Below, piece after piece: positions 48,231-57,115 of a stretch of 60,349 nt of DNA (the first letter of the stretch is position 1; every line of letters begins with the position of its first letter). Source of the DNA: Pseudomonadota bacterium (GTDB lineage: Bacteria > Desulfobacterota > Desulfobacteria > Desulfobacterales > JBDRRP01); contig JBDRRP010000121.1 in assembly GCA_043825735.1 (NCBI GenBank), forward strand, positions 62,001-122,349, given 5' to 3'. The position numbers and the translations under genes are program-made. The notes under the pieces were generated by a model. It worked only from the letters and a program-made list of their open reading frames with translations, made no database searches and was not told where the DNA came from.

Positions 48231-49499
48231 TTAGAGCATATCTTCAGCAAACAACGCCCCCGCCCCAAGCTCATCCTCGATGCGCAGCAGTTGATTGTAT
48301 TTGGCGACGCGATCGCTTCTGGACATTGAGCCCGTCTTGATCTGCCCGCCATTAACGCCCACCACCAGGTCCGCGATGAAGGCATCCTCGGTCTCACCGG
48401 AGCGGTGTGATATCACCGTGGTGTAGCCGGCCTGCTTGGCCATCTCAATGGTATCCAGAGTCTCGGTCACTGTACCGATCTGGTTCAGTTTGATCAAGAT
48501 GGAGTTGGCGATGCCGGCCTCAATTCCCTTAGCGAAAATTTTCGGATTGGTGACAAAAATATCATCACCAACGATCTGAATGGTGCTTTCAAGGCGATCG
48601 GTCATGAGTTCCCAGCCGTCCCAGTCACCCTCAGCTAGGCCGTCTTCAATGGAAAGGATGGGGTACTTGTCGATAAGCGCCTGGTAATATTCCACCATCT
48701 GCTCGGCGTTCAGTTTGCGCTTCTCGGATGCCAGAACGTATTTCCCACGTTGGAAAAACTCGCTGGCGGCCGCATCGAGTGCGATGCCCATGTCTTTTCC
48801 GACCGTGTAACCGGCCGCTTCGATGGCCTTAATAATATAAGCGATGGCCATTTCGTTTGAGTCCAGGTTCGGCGCAAAGCCGCCCTCATCACCGACTGCC
48901 GTGCTGTGCCCCTCTTTGTTGAGAATCTTTTTGAGCGCGTGAAACGTCTCGGCCCCCATCTGAATGGCTTGAGAGATGGACTTGGCCCCCACCGGCACAA
49001 TCATGAACTCCTGAATATCCAGATTATTGGCCGCATGGGCGCCGCCGTTGACAATGTTCATCATGGGAAGCGGCAAACAGCGGGCGTTGATTCCCCCCAG
49101 GTACCGGTAGAGCGGCAGTCCGAAGGCATCAGCCGCGGCGCGTGCCGCCGCCATCGAAACGGCCAGAATGGCATTGGCACCCAGCTTGGCTTTGTTTGGA
49201 GTGCCGTCCAGGGCGATCATGGCCCGGTCAAGGGCAACCTGCTCAGACGCATCCATGCCCCGGATCTCGGTGGCGATAGCCGTATTCACATTCTTGACGG
49301 CATTGAGCACGCCCAGGCCGCCGAAGCGCTTGGCCTTTTTGTCGCGCAGCTCCAGTGCCTCGCGTTTACCCGTTGACGCGCCCGACGGCACCGCTGCACG
49401 GCCACTGGCGCCGCAGGCAAGAAACACTTCCGCCTCGACGGTCGGATTTCCTCTGGAATCCAGAATCTCCCTGGCACTCACATCGATTATTTCGGTCAT
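48231..49499 (-). CDS. eno: enolase
   Basis: [47 protein letters not shown]. Confidence 0.99.
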   Translation of the reverse strand: MTEIIDVSAREILDSRGNPTVEAEVFLACGASGRAAVPSGASTGKREALELRDKKAKRFGGLGVLNAVKNVNTAIATEIRGMDASEQVALDRAMIALDGTPNKAKLGANAILAVSMAAARAAADAFGLPLYRYLGGINARCLPLPMMNIVNGGAHAANNLDIQEFMIVPVGAKSISQAIQMGAETFHALKKILNKEGHSTAVGDEGGFAPNLDSNEMAIAYIIKAIEAAGYTVGKDMGIALDAAASEFFQRGKYVLASEKRKLNAEQMVEYYQALIDKYPILSIEDGLAEGDWDGWELMTDRLESTIQIVGDDIFVTNPKIFAKGIEAGIANSILIKLNQIGTVTETLDTIEMAKQAGYTTVISHRSGETEDAFIADLVVGVNGGQIKTGSMSRSDRVAKYNQLLRIEDELGAGALFAEDML

Positions 49500-49645
49500 G
49501 TTCCCCCCTAAACAGGTCTGCGGATGGTTGAATGATACTCTTATGACGGCTATAATGGGCCAACTGCAGGTAGCCGGACTGAAGGCTTGATAAATGACTT
49601 GCTGATGCCGGAATCGGACTTTTTTATGTTTAAAATCCGAGGGTG

Positions 49646-49674
49646 ATGTTACTCTGCATGCCTTACGGTGTCAA
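49646..49674 (-). promoter_or_regulatory. sigma70-type promoter for eno
   Basis: Minus strand TTGACA-N17-TAACAT. Confidence 0.7.
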
Positions 49675-49821
49675 GCATGAGCATGACCGTGCCCAATGAT
49701 GTTTCAACAGCTGTTTGGCCCGCGCATGCAGGGGATAAATTGATTTCGAACAACCGTCGAAAAGAAAGGGTGATGGTATGAATTCGGGCAGTTGCGGATT
49801 CATTCACCGAATGGAGCACTG

Positions 49822-50241
49822 ATGAAAAAACTCAATCCTTATGCAGAGGGTCACCTGGTGGTGGCTGCCATCCGGGTGCTCGATCACCAGAAAAACATGC
49901 CGCCATCGGTTGAGGACGTGGGGGCCCTGCTGTCGGTCTCACGCGAGCAGGCCTACCGGATGTGCAACAAACTCAATGACAGAGGGATCATTAAAATCCT
50001 GGAAGGCCCCTTCGGAAACAAGGTCGATATCCTTGACCACGTTCAGCTGGAGGAAATCCCTCAGGAGGATCTGGCTCCCGGAATGGAAGCCGAACTGGAA
50101 AAATTCCGCCAACAGCGGAAAGGCATCACTGAAAAAGTGGAAAACATCAAAGCGGAGCGAGAAGAAAAAAAGAAAAGCCTTTTCGCAGACATCGAAAAGG
50201 CTTTTAAGAGCAAGACCGTCAAACCGCCATCCAATGAATGA
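49822..50241 (+). CDS. hypothetical protein with winged-HTH-like N-terminus and coiled-coil C-terminus
   Basis: PPSVEDVGALLSVSREQAYRMCNKLNDRGII pattern; GGAG RBS before ATG 49822. Confidence 0.75.
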   Translation: MKKLNPYAEGHLVVAAIRVLDHQKNMPPSVEDVGALLSVSREQAYRMCNKLNDRGIIKILEGPFGNKVDILDHVQLEEIPQEDLAPGMEAELEKFRQQRKGITEKVENIKAEREEKKKSLFADIEKAFKSKTVKPPSNE

Positions 50242-50312
50242 CGCCTTGACAATATGAAGTTTCAAGGGCAAAGGTCAGATTGCTGCAGATATCATACTAA
50301 TTGGGAGAAAAA

Positions 50313-50531
50313 ATGGATGAAGCCCTTGTTACTGTAAGCGGTGATATTGATCGGTATCTATTTTCTGGAGGCCTTGTTTTAACAATTGTTCTGTGCGGCC
50401 TTAGAATCTTCGGAATAATCGATTGGCCCTGGAGATGGATTACTTCACCCGTCTGGATATGGATAATTTTTACCGTTTTGCGATCTCTGCTTATCGTCAG
50501 GCCTTCGATGAAGAAAACGGAAAATAAATAA
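50313..50531 (+). CDS. small two-helix membrane protein
   Basis: Two hydrophobic helices around a GIIDWPWRWITSPVWI motif; GGGAG RBS. Confidence 0.6.
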   Translation: MDEALVTVSGDIDRYLFSGGLVLTIVLCGLRIFGIIDWPWRWITSPVWIWIIFTVLRSLLIVRPSMKKTENK

Positions 50532-50682
50532 CCCGTTATCTCTGAAACTCCAGTTTTACGCCAAAGGCCAATGTCCCCAACAAGATTTTCATCACCACGG
50601 AGTCACGGAGGACACGGAGAAAATCAAAAACGGTTGATTTTGTATATAAAATCTCCGTGTCCTCCGTGACTCCGTGGTTCAA
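50531..50682 (+). repeat. CACGGAG-type palindromic repeat
   Basis: CACCACGGAGTCACGGAGGACACGGAG..CTCCGTGTCCTCCGTGACTCCGTGG; the upstream flank is also shared with the copy at 60221-60349. Confidence 0.8.
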
Positions 50683-50756
50683 TATCCCTTTGGGAAGAAA
50701 GCAACTGAAATATTCTGCATTGCCGTTCTAAACACCCACCTGCACAATGAACTGCT

Positions 50757-52727
50757 TCAAAGCAGATCGTGTTTCCAGTTCCAAAGGCCGGCACGGTCTT
50801 TCATGGTTACATGGTTGGGCACCGGCTCATTCAGTGTCACCTGCATGAGGTATCCTGCTTTTTGAAGTGCTTCTGTCTCCGCGCTTAAGTCTATCGCCCA
50901 ATTGGGGAAAACCCAGTAGTTGTGATCATATTGACGCAGCCAGGACATTTCGCCTTTAGGGCTTGAAAATGGCGCTTCCGGCGTCAAAGTCTCCGGTGCG
51001 ATACGGGATATGCACAGCGGCCAGTTTCCGCCGACGATTATACCAAGCGGCAGCGGGCTCATCTGCGGCATCGCCATCACATCCTCGCGTCCCAGTTCGG
51101 GGCTCACGAATGCGCCGTCAAATCCCATTTTCTTTAAAACGGTTACAGCCAAAGGATTGGCGGTGTTGCAAAACGGCCCTGCCCAGAGTTTCAGGTCTTT
51201 CGATTTTTCAAAGAAAGCCATCTGCCAAGGGGCGTTCAATACGAAATGCTTGATGCCGAGAGACAGTGCCGAGTTGATATGCGATGAAACGGACGTCTGA
51301 CTATCCGGCCAAACCACTGGTGGCAGCCATGCCCAGAGACTCCTGGATGTTTTTTCTTTAACAAGCTGCAAATTATCCTCAGAAAGCCATATCCCGGTCA
51401 CCGCGCCGGTCAGTTCCTGAGCTAAATTCCGGAAGACACTGTATGCCGCCACCGTTCCCGGAATTTTGGCGATTTTCCGGGGAGGTGCAGCACCTACCCG
51501 CTTTGTCACTCTTTCAGGAATTTCCTCTACAGATCTGATTTCTTGAGCCAATGCATCGATGTATTCAGACAGTGCCTGTTCCCGTCGATCCGTTAAAAAT
51601 ACCGGTGTTCCTTTCCGAGGCGCTTTTTCTTTTCCGACATTCAGGTAAAACTGACCGTTACGCGGTATGGATTTTCGGACCCGGATAATCGTGTGCCACG
51701 TCTCGTCTTCATACCCAACCCTGAGCGTGTCTCCAGAGAGAAGACCGATCCTCGGAGACAGGAAGGGGCTCGATGGGCTACCCTTCACGGTGCCCAGTTG
51801 AAACCCCGATCCGGTATCTCGCCCCTGCTCCAAGGGGTTGCGCTTTCGCTGCGGCAGAAAGTTGTAATGAGTCCCTTTGCGCCCGAGCGCCATCTCTAAC
51901 AACGCCAAGGCAGCTTTCTTAGCATTCGGGTCCTGAAATTCATCGCGCAGCATACGGTACGCCATCACCGTATAATAGACGTAGTGCGCACTCTTTTTAC
52001 GCCCTTCGATCTTCCACGCCTTAACTTGAGGTATTTCCTTCAAGACTTTTACCAGGGTGTCCAGACTGAGGTCCTGGCAGGAAAAGTGCCGGCTCCGCTC
52101 GCCGCCCTGCTGATACACCCGTCGACAAGGCTGAACGCATCTTCCCCTCAAACCACTCTTACCGCCGAAATAACTGCTCCAGTAGCAGCGCCCCGATACG
52201 CCGTAGCAAAGCGCGCCATGAATGAAGACCTCCAGATCCACATTTTCAGGGCAGGCTCCCGCCATGGCTTTAATCTCATCGATCGTCAGCTCCCTTGGCA
52301 AGACAACTTTACGCACCCGTGGAAGTGACGCAACCGAAGTTAATGCCTGGGGAAAAGAAACGTTGGCTAATGTAGAAAGATGGATTTCTCCTGTGAAACC
52401 AGCATTTCTCGCAATTTCGACAACCGCCAGATCCTGAACAATCAATGCATCCGGCTGGTATGGCCCTACAAGTTGTCCAATGGCACGAGCGACATCAGAA
52501 ATTTCAGAAGACTTGATCAAACTGTTTATCGGGACAAAGACCTTTACATTTTTCTCATGTGCCAGTTGTATAAGACCGGCCATTTCTTCAAGACTGAAAT
52601 TTTTGGCTTCCATTCTGGCTGAAAAAGTTTTTAATCCACAATATATGGCATCTGCCCCTGCAGCAATGGCAGCCAAAAATGAGTCCCTGTTGCCGGCAGG
52701 CGCAAGAATCTGTGGGAAAGGCATCAT
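50757..52727 (-). CDS. peptidase U32 family protein (RlhA/TrhP-like Fe-S RNA hydroxylase)
   Basis: ILAPAG, GADAIY, LPREL, EVFIHGALC..SGRC..RGRCVQPCR, KIEGR. Confidence 0.9.
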   Translation of the reverse strand: MMPFPQILAPAGNRDSFLAAIAAGADAIYCGLKTFSARMEAKNFSLEEMAGLIQLAHEKNVKVFVPINSLIKSSEISDVARAIGQLVGPYQPDALIVQDLAVVEIARNAGFTGEIHLSTLANVSFPQALTSVASLPRVRKVVLPRELTIDEIKAMAGACPENVDLEVFIHGALCYGVSGRCYWSSYFGGKSGLRGRCVQPCRRVYQQGGERSRHFSCQDLSLDTLVKVLKEIPQVKAWKIEGRKKSAHYVYYTVMAYRMLRDEFQDPNAKKAALALLEMALGRKGTHYNFLPQRKRNPLEQGRDTGSGFQLGTVKGSPSSPFLSPRIGLLSGDTLRVGYEDETWHTIIRVRKSIPRNGQFYLNVGKEKAPRKGTPVFLTDRREQALSEYIDALAQEIRSVEEIPERVTKRVGAAPPRKIAKIPGTVAAYSVFRNLAQELTGAVTGIWLSEDNLQLVKEKTSRSLWAWLPPVVWPDSQTSVSSHINSALSLGIKHFVLNAPWQMAFFEKSKDLKLWAGPFCNTANPLAVTVLKKMGFDGAFVSPELGREDVMAMPQMSPLPLGIIVGGNWPLCISRIAPETLTPEAPFSSPKGEMSWLRQYDHNYWVFPNWAIDLSAETEALQKAGYLMQVTLNEPVPNHVTMKDRAGLWNWKHDLL

Positions 52728-52796
52728 TCACTCCAGACAGAATAAGCAATAGTCATTATTCGGTCTCTCCGGGGACAGATAAAACGTTATGGACAT

Positions 52797-52912
52797 GGAA
52801 AAAGTCTGAAATCACCACAGAGGACACAGAGAGCGCAGAGATACCTTATAATAATTCAGCATATTCTCTACCATCCTCTGCGTTCTCTGTGGTTCAAAAC
52901 AGCATTTTCCGG
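52797..52912 (+). repeat. composite palindromic repeat, GTAAAAAGTC..CACAGAG family, copy 4
   Basis: AAAAAGTCTGAAATCACCACAGAGGACACAGAG..CTCTGCGTTCTCTGTGG. Confidence 0.8.
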
Positions 52913-52927
52913 CTATATCGAATTGTA

Positions 52928-54289
52928 TTATGCTACTTGCGTTTTCATTATTTCCTGTTCCTTCTCAAGCTCCGGCAGCACCGCGACAATACCAGCATAA
53001 AACCAAAACGGCTCCATAATTCTAACAATGATAAATGTGTTCGCACCGATAGAATGAACCAATAGCCCAATGAAGCCGGCAAAAAAACCATATGCGATGC
53101 CTTTTGAAAATGGGTCGTTTAACTCTTTAAGATTTTTAAGTGCCATCTTTCCTATCGCAAAAAGCAAATATAAAAACGCAAACAATCCTACTATACCGGT
53201 TTCAACGAGAACTCTTGGAAATTGGGCATCCATAAAAGCGTACCCGGTAATACCATAACCAAATATCGGATGATTTGTCCAATCCTTCACTGCATTTTTC
53301 CAACTCAACAATCGTGCAGATGTTGATGTATCTATCCTGACATCGCCAATCTGTATTTGTCCGGTTTCATGCTTCTGGGCAACTGTAAATAGCACTCTTT
53401 CTTTTACAGCTTTCGGCATAATAAAAGGGCTGAAAATAACCATCAGGATCATGGCTGAGATGTAAAGAATCCGCTTTCTTGAAAACATTGCAAAACATAG
53501 TGCTACAACGAAGGCTGCTAAATATGATGACCGTGATTGAGTGTACAAAAGTGGCGGAATAATGAATACGGTTAATAAGATTAAAATCTTTTTTAGAAAT
53601 TTATTCTCACCATAGACTACAATCCCGGCGATTACTGACAAACTCAATACCAGATAGCCGCCAAAAGTATTAGGTTCGCCGACTTCTCCCTCAAACGGAG
53701 CACTGACGCGTTCCCCACCCGGGATTTGCATAATCCCGACTACCGAGACAATAAAGCATGTCAAGAAAAGGAAAAATATAAATCTTTTTATTTGATTTTG
53801 GTCTTCAACATGGTTCACAATCACAAAATATACAATGAAATACTCAACATACTTAAGCACATAGAAAAAGCCAGTCTTAGGCATGACATTACCCATCATA
53901 ATGCCTAATCCGGTAGAGAAAATACATGCAAGCATATAAAGAACAATTGGAAGATTGAGGTCGGTTTTTCTGAACAACCCGATTTCTTTAAATACAGCAT
54001 TTTTTGCAAACCAGCTTCCGCCAATAATGACTAAAAGAAAATCCTCATACCTGAGCGTTACGCCACGGCTCAAGGACGAACCAGTCGTTTGTCCAGCTAG
54101 GAACTCAGGAGACAGCAACATCGATAGGATTAAAATGTAGAGCCCAATCTCGATATTAACGAATGAGACAAAGAAAATGGCGACACCAACCGCTCCAAGC
54201 AACAAGGTAGAGGGGTTGTATTCAACTGTAACAAAGCCTGCAAGGGGGACGAAAACTGCGAAGATTATTACTAAGATAACAATTCTCAA
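52928..54289 (-). CDS. O-antigen ligase/polymerase (Wzy_C) family membrane protein
   Basis: Many TM helices, RVSAPF, EPNTFGGYL, TQSRSS, SARLLSW, HPIFGYG, ETGIVG. Confidence 0.88.
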   Translation of the reverse strand: MRIVILVIIFAVFVPLAGFVTVEYNPSTLLLGAVGVAIFFVSFVNIEIGLYILILSMLLSPEFLAGQTTGSSLSRGVTLRYEDFLLVIIGGSWFAKNAVFKEIGLFRKTDLNLPIVLYMLACIFSTGLGIMMGNVMPKTGFFYVLKYVEYFIVYFVIVNHVEDQNQIKRFIFFLFLTCFIVSVVGIMQIPGGERVSAPFEGEVGEPNTFGGYLVLSLSVIAGIVVYGENKFLKKILILLTVFIIPPLLYTQSRSSYLAAFVVALCFAMFSRKRILYISAMILMVIFSPFIMPKAVKERVLFTVAQKHETGQIQIGDVRIDTSTSARLLSWKNAVKDWTNHPIFGYGITGYAFMDAQFPRVLVETGIVGLFAFLYLLFAIGKMALKNLKELNDPFSKGIAYGFFAGFIGLLVHSIGANTFIIVRIMEPFWFYAGIVAVLPELEKEQEIMKTQVA

Positions 54290-54413
54290 TTGGTGTTTCC
54301 GAAGGGTGATTCAGATGAATTGATATTATTTCTAATTCATAGACTATGCAGAAACTACAGGATCTCAGCCTTCGAGAATATGTCGTAACGATAAAATGCT
54401 GTCTAAATCAGTT

Positions 54414-54552
54414 CGTTATACCAGCGAAGGCCGTCATCCAGAAAGCTTTAATGACCTGAAAACCATCCGGATCCCGGCCTGCGCCGGGATGACGGTCGGA
54501 CCGAAACCGTCCCCGGCAGGGATTATGACACAGCCTCCTCCACTGGGATGAC
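54414..54552. repeat. degenerate GTCA-type palindromic repeats
   Basis: GGATCCCGGCCTGCGCCGGGATGACGG and a second CTGGGATGACGG end. Confidence 0.6.
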
Positions 54553-54580
54553 GGAAAATGAAAACAGCCACCCATTCTGA

Positions 54581-56728
54581 TCAGGCTTCTTCTGCCGAAC
54601 TTCGGCCGTAGTAGTATTGGGTGTGATATTTAAAATAGTCAGGACCTGCCTCAGGCTTCACATTGTTGAGTACAACTCCCATGACATTTGCGTCGACGTT
54701 ATCAAGAGAAACCTTGGCACGTTTCAAAATACTCCTTCCAATTTTTCCAACGGTGTAGACTAATAACACGCCATCTACCAAACCGGATATTTCAGTCGCA
54801 TCAGCAACCGGTAATACCGGTGGTGAATCAATCAAAACGATATCGAATTTCAGACTGATCGTCTTTAAAAAATCTTTAAAGCGTTCTGAACGTAAAATCT
54901 CTGCAGGGTTTGGGGGTGTTGTCCCAGATGTTATGATTGTCAGATTGTCTAACCCAGGCGTATGCAGGACATCCTCAACTTCAAAATCACCTAGCATAAC
55001 ATCTGCGATGTTTTTTGTAATATCGTCTAAAGCATAGTTGCCAAGAATAAAGTCCGTAAGGCCTGGTATACGCGTTACACCAAACATTTTATGAATGACA
55101 GGCTTCCTTAAATCCGCTTCAATCAATAAAACCTTGTGCCCAGCCTGTCCCATACTCAAAGCCAGATTGACAGCATTGAATGTTTTACCCTCCTGAACAA
55201 ACGAGCTTGTAATAAGAAACGTCTTGAGTTTTTTGTCCACGCGAATGAACTCGATATTTGATCTCAACGCCCTGAATGCCTCAGCCGGCAATGATTTGGG
55301 GTCATAGTGTGCTACAAGGTCTTGTTGCCGCCCTTTTAAAACGCGTTGCTTTTTCCTTTTGTCTTTTTCATCTTTTGCCATAAATGGAATAACACCTAAT
55401 ACGGGGATTCCCAACAGCGCTTCAACATCCTCGATTGTTCCCATGGATGTATCGAAAACTTCAACTCCAAATGCCAGAACAACACCGATTATTAGACCCA
55501 TAACAAGGCCAGTTAATACTATCATTGTTTTTGAAGGTATATTGAATGGCACTTGCGGGATTATAGCAGGTTTTACAACGCTTACCTCTTGGACTCTACC
55601 GGATTCATGAATTAAGGTTTCCTGATATTTGATCTGCAGTTGCGAAAATAGCGTCTCTTCGACAGTGACCGCTCTTTGAAGTCGAACGAGTTGCAATGCT
55701 TTCTCAGGAAACATCATACTTTGTCTTCTCAATTCATCCCGTTGGGTCTCGAGGTCAGCCTCTTTTGCTTTGAGTTCTTTGAGATACGATATTAGTTCTT
55801 GGTTCAACTCGGAGACAATCGTGCTTATCTCGTGCCCGATTTCTTTTACTTTTGGGTGTTCCGGAGTGAAATCAATCAACAACGTTTCTTTCGTAATCAA
55901 CAGCTCACTAAGCGTTTTGTTCAAAGCATATATCGGAGAATATATATTTGGATCAGCCAAATATTGTTCAATCGCTGATAGATCTTGGGAACCTTTTTTT
56001 TCGATTAATTGAACGATATTATGGATATTTCTTTTTGTTTGCTGGGTTTCGGCAAGCTTTCTCTCTATATCAAATAATTGCGATAAAGTATTCTGGGTTT
56101 GCGCATCAATGGATACAAGCGATGAGTTCTCCTTAAAATTTTGAAGAGTCTCCTCAGCGGTTTTCAAATTTTTATGTGTTTTTCCCAGTTGATCTTCGAT
56201 AAAGGATTTTGTCTCATAAGTCTTTCGATTTTTTTCCTTGATATTATATTCCTGATAAGCAGCAGCGATAGCGTTCGCTATTTCAGATGTTTCTTTGGGA
56301 TTGCTGGAAGTCACAGATATGTTTATAATATTAGTACCGGGCTCATTTTCGGCGGCCACCATCCCCTTTATACGCTGCAACACCCGCATAAAGTTTGCTT
56401 CTTTGCGCACGTCTTCAAATGAGCGATTTTTCGGAATATATCCCAGCATTTTGGCTGTTTCAAATATTACAGGATAACTTGTAATAATATATGCATGGGT
56501 TGTTAAACTCTCGCTCTGCATAAAAAAACTACCGGTAAGAATAGCCGCCAAGTTGGTTTCCCGATCGATCTTTACCGCTGCCGTTGTCTCGTACTGAGGT
56601 ACAGGTTCCTTCAATTTTGCGAAACCAAAGCTTGAAACGCCAACCAAAACAACCATCATAGCTATGATGGCTTTTCGTTTTTTTAAAATCCTCCAATAAT
56701 CTCTTAAATCGACATCATATTGAGGCAT
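54581..56728 (-). CDS. wzc: Wzc-like polysaccharide co-polymerase / tyrosine autokinase
   Basis: VDLRDYWRIL, two TMs flanking coiled coil, EAFRALRSN, EGKT, LIEADLRKP, LIDSPP, C-terminal Tyr cluster DYFKYHTQYYY. Confidence 0.92.
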   Translation of the reverse strand: MPQYDVDLRDYWRILKKRKAIIAMMVVLVGVSSFGFAKLKEPVPQYETTAAVKIDRETNLAAILTGSFFMQSESLTTHAYIITSYPVIFETAKMLGYIPKNRSFEDVRKEANFMRVLQRIKGMVAAENEPGTNIINISVTSSNPKETSEIANAIAAAYQEYNIKEKNRKTYETKSFIEDQLGKTHKNLKTAEETLQNFKENSSLVSIDAQTQNTLSQLFDIERKLAETQQTKRNIHNIVQLIEKKGSQDLSAIEQYLADPNIYSPIYALNKTLSELLITKETLLIDFTPEHPKVKEIGHEISTIVSELNQELISYLKELKAKEADLETQRDELRRQSMMFPEKALQLVRLQRAVTVEETLFSQLQIKYQETLIHESGRVQEVSVVKPAIIPQVPFNIPSKTMIVLTGLVMGLIIGVVLAFGVEVFDTSMGTIEDVEALLGIPVLGVIPFMAKDEKDKRKKQRVLKGRQQDLVAHYDPKSLPAEAFRALRSNIEFIRVDKKLKTFLITSSFVQEGKTFNAVNLALSMGQAGHKVLLIEADLRKPVIHKMFGVTRIPGLTDFILGNYALDDITKNIADVMLGDFEVEDVLHTPGLDNLTIITSGTTPPNPAEILRSERFKDFLKTISLKFDIVLIDSPPVLPVADATEISGLVDGVLLVYTVGKIGRSILKRAKVSLDNVDANVMGVVLNNVKPEAGPDYFKYHTQYYYGRSSAEEA

Positions 56729-56754
56729 TCACTATCTCCACATCCGGATTTTTG

Positions 56755-57090
56755 AACCACGGAGTGCACGGAGAACACGGAGAAATTTTTACAAAATCAA
56801 CTTCTTTCTTTTTCCGTTGTCTTCTGTTTACTTTGTGGCGAACAAAATATCTGTGTTTTTAGGAATTTTGGGACTCCGGCCTACGCCGGTGTGATGCTAG
56901 TAAATGTCCATCCATGGAAAGCCTCTTGCTCCCTCTCCCTTGATGGGTGAGGGTGACAGCCCACCGATAACAAGAGATTATCTATACCGGCCCGCCCCCT
57001 CCCCTAGCCCCTCCCGCAAGGGGCGGGGTATTTATGGATGGACACCAGTTAGGATTTATCTCTGTGTTCTCTGTGCCCTCTGTGGTGAAT
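56755..57090. repeat. cluster of several palindromic repeat types
   Basis: CACGGAG element 56755-56840; GTCA half 56866-56896; TGTCCATCCAT..ATGGATGGACAC termini at 56905-57045 enclosing CCCTCTCCC-type hairpins; CTCTGTG half 57060-57087. Confidence 0.75.
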
Positions 57091-57115
57091 TCAAGTTTTT
57101 CACGAATGCACCTCA

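Noticed and set aside
50757..52727. U32 protein as a collagenase linked to the C25 system
   Set aside because: No signal peptide; the Cys motif fits Fe-S-dependent hydroxylases; separated from the locus by housekeeping genes.
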